Below are positions 63,581-64,000 of a DNA stretch of 64,000 nucleotides, piece after piece; the first letter of the stretch is position 1; each line of letters begins with the position of its first letter. Origin of the DNA: Eledone cirrhosa (Eukaryota). The DNA is taken from contig OZ024745.1 in NCBI GenBank assembly GCA_964016885.1, forward strand, positions 88,970,001 through 89,034,000. The letters run 5' to 3'. The notes beneath the pieces were generated by a model, which made no database searches, was not told where the DNA came from, and worked only from the letters and a program-made list of their open reading frames with translations. The translations under genes were made by a program, and so were the position numbers.

Positions 63581-63879
63581 AATAAACGTAATGAAGACAT
63601 AACAAATCGTCATTTTATTATTATTATTATTTTTGGCGACCTCCGTAGGAAATCGTATTATCGTGAGCTCCACAAAGGTTTGTTGTTTTCAGTTGTTTCA
63701 AATTGCCAGTTATGGAAAATTTTGTTGTTAAGCGTTTATAAGTTCACATATATTGATTTCTGAAAAGGACACTCAATAAAATTTAAATTTCTATTTATCA
63801 AACAAAATATTTCTTTGAAAAAAAACATGGACGACAAATCTCCTGTTTCTAACAGACTAACATCCCCCACCACCACCAC

Positions 63880-64000
63880 CATTGTAAACCTTGCCCCGGT
63901 TGCCAACACTGAAAATATAATTAATTGTTTCTACTTTAGGCACAAGGCCAGCAATTACCTAGTGCATCACTGGTACTTTATTTTATCGACCCCGTAAAGA
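63880..64000 (-). mobile_element. SINE 3' part, truncated by the window end
   Basis: CTGGTACTTTATTTTATCGACCCCGTAA, reverse complement of the 25100 SINE core. Confidence 0.7.

Overview
AT-rich eukaryotic repeat region with no recognisable host gene. The SINE and LINE tails look cephalopod (octopus)-like, but that is inference. Most ORFs in the track are translations of (TA)n, (CA)n or (CT)n microsatellites. The real content is nested 5'-truncated Penelope-like elements (PLEs; RT plus GIY-YIG) inserted into (TA)n tracts, almost all as head-to-head inverted structures. Fragments of CR1-like, CRE-like and RTE-like LINEs, tRNA-derived SINEs and a mariner-type MITE are also present. Reading the DNA by eye on both strands gives about 30 type-I hammerhead ribozyme (HHR) motifs, some degenerate, from roughly 15 unrelated sequence contexts. 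These include two non-coding HHR-bearing tandem-repeat families (units of about 466-472 bp and 591 bp) with the architecture of non-LTR retrozymes. Three unrelated families carry the compensatory U3-A8 core (TTGAnAA) and three carry a C4 core (CCGAnGA). Many HHRs have family-specific palindromic stem-III loops. All folds are manual; activity and novelty are untested.
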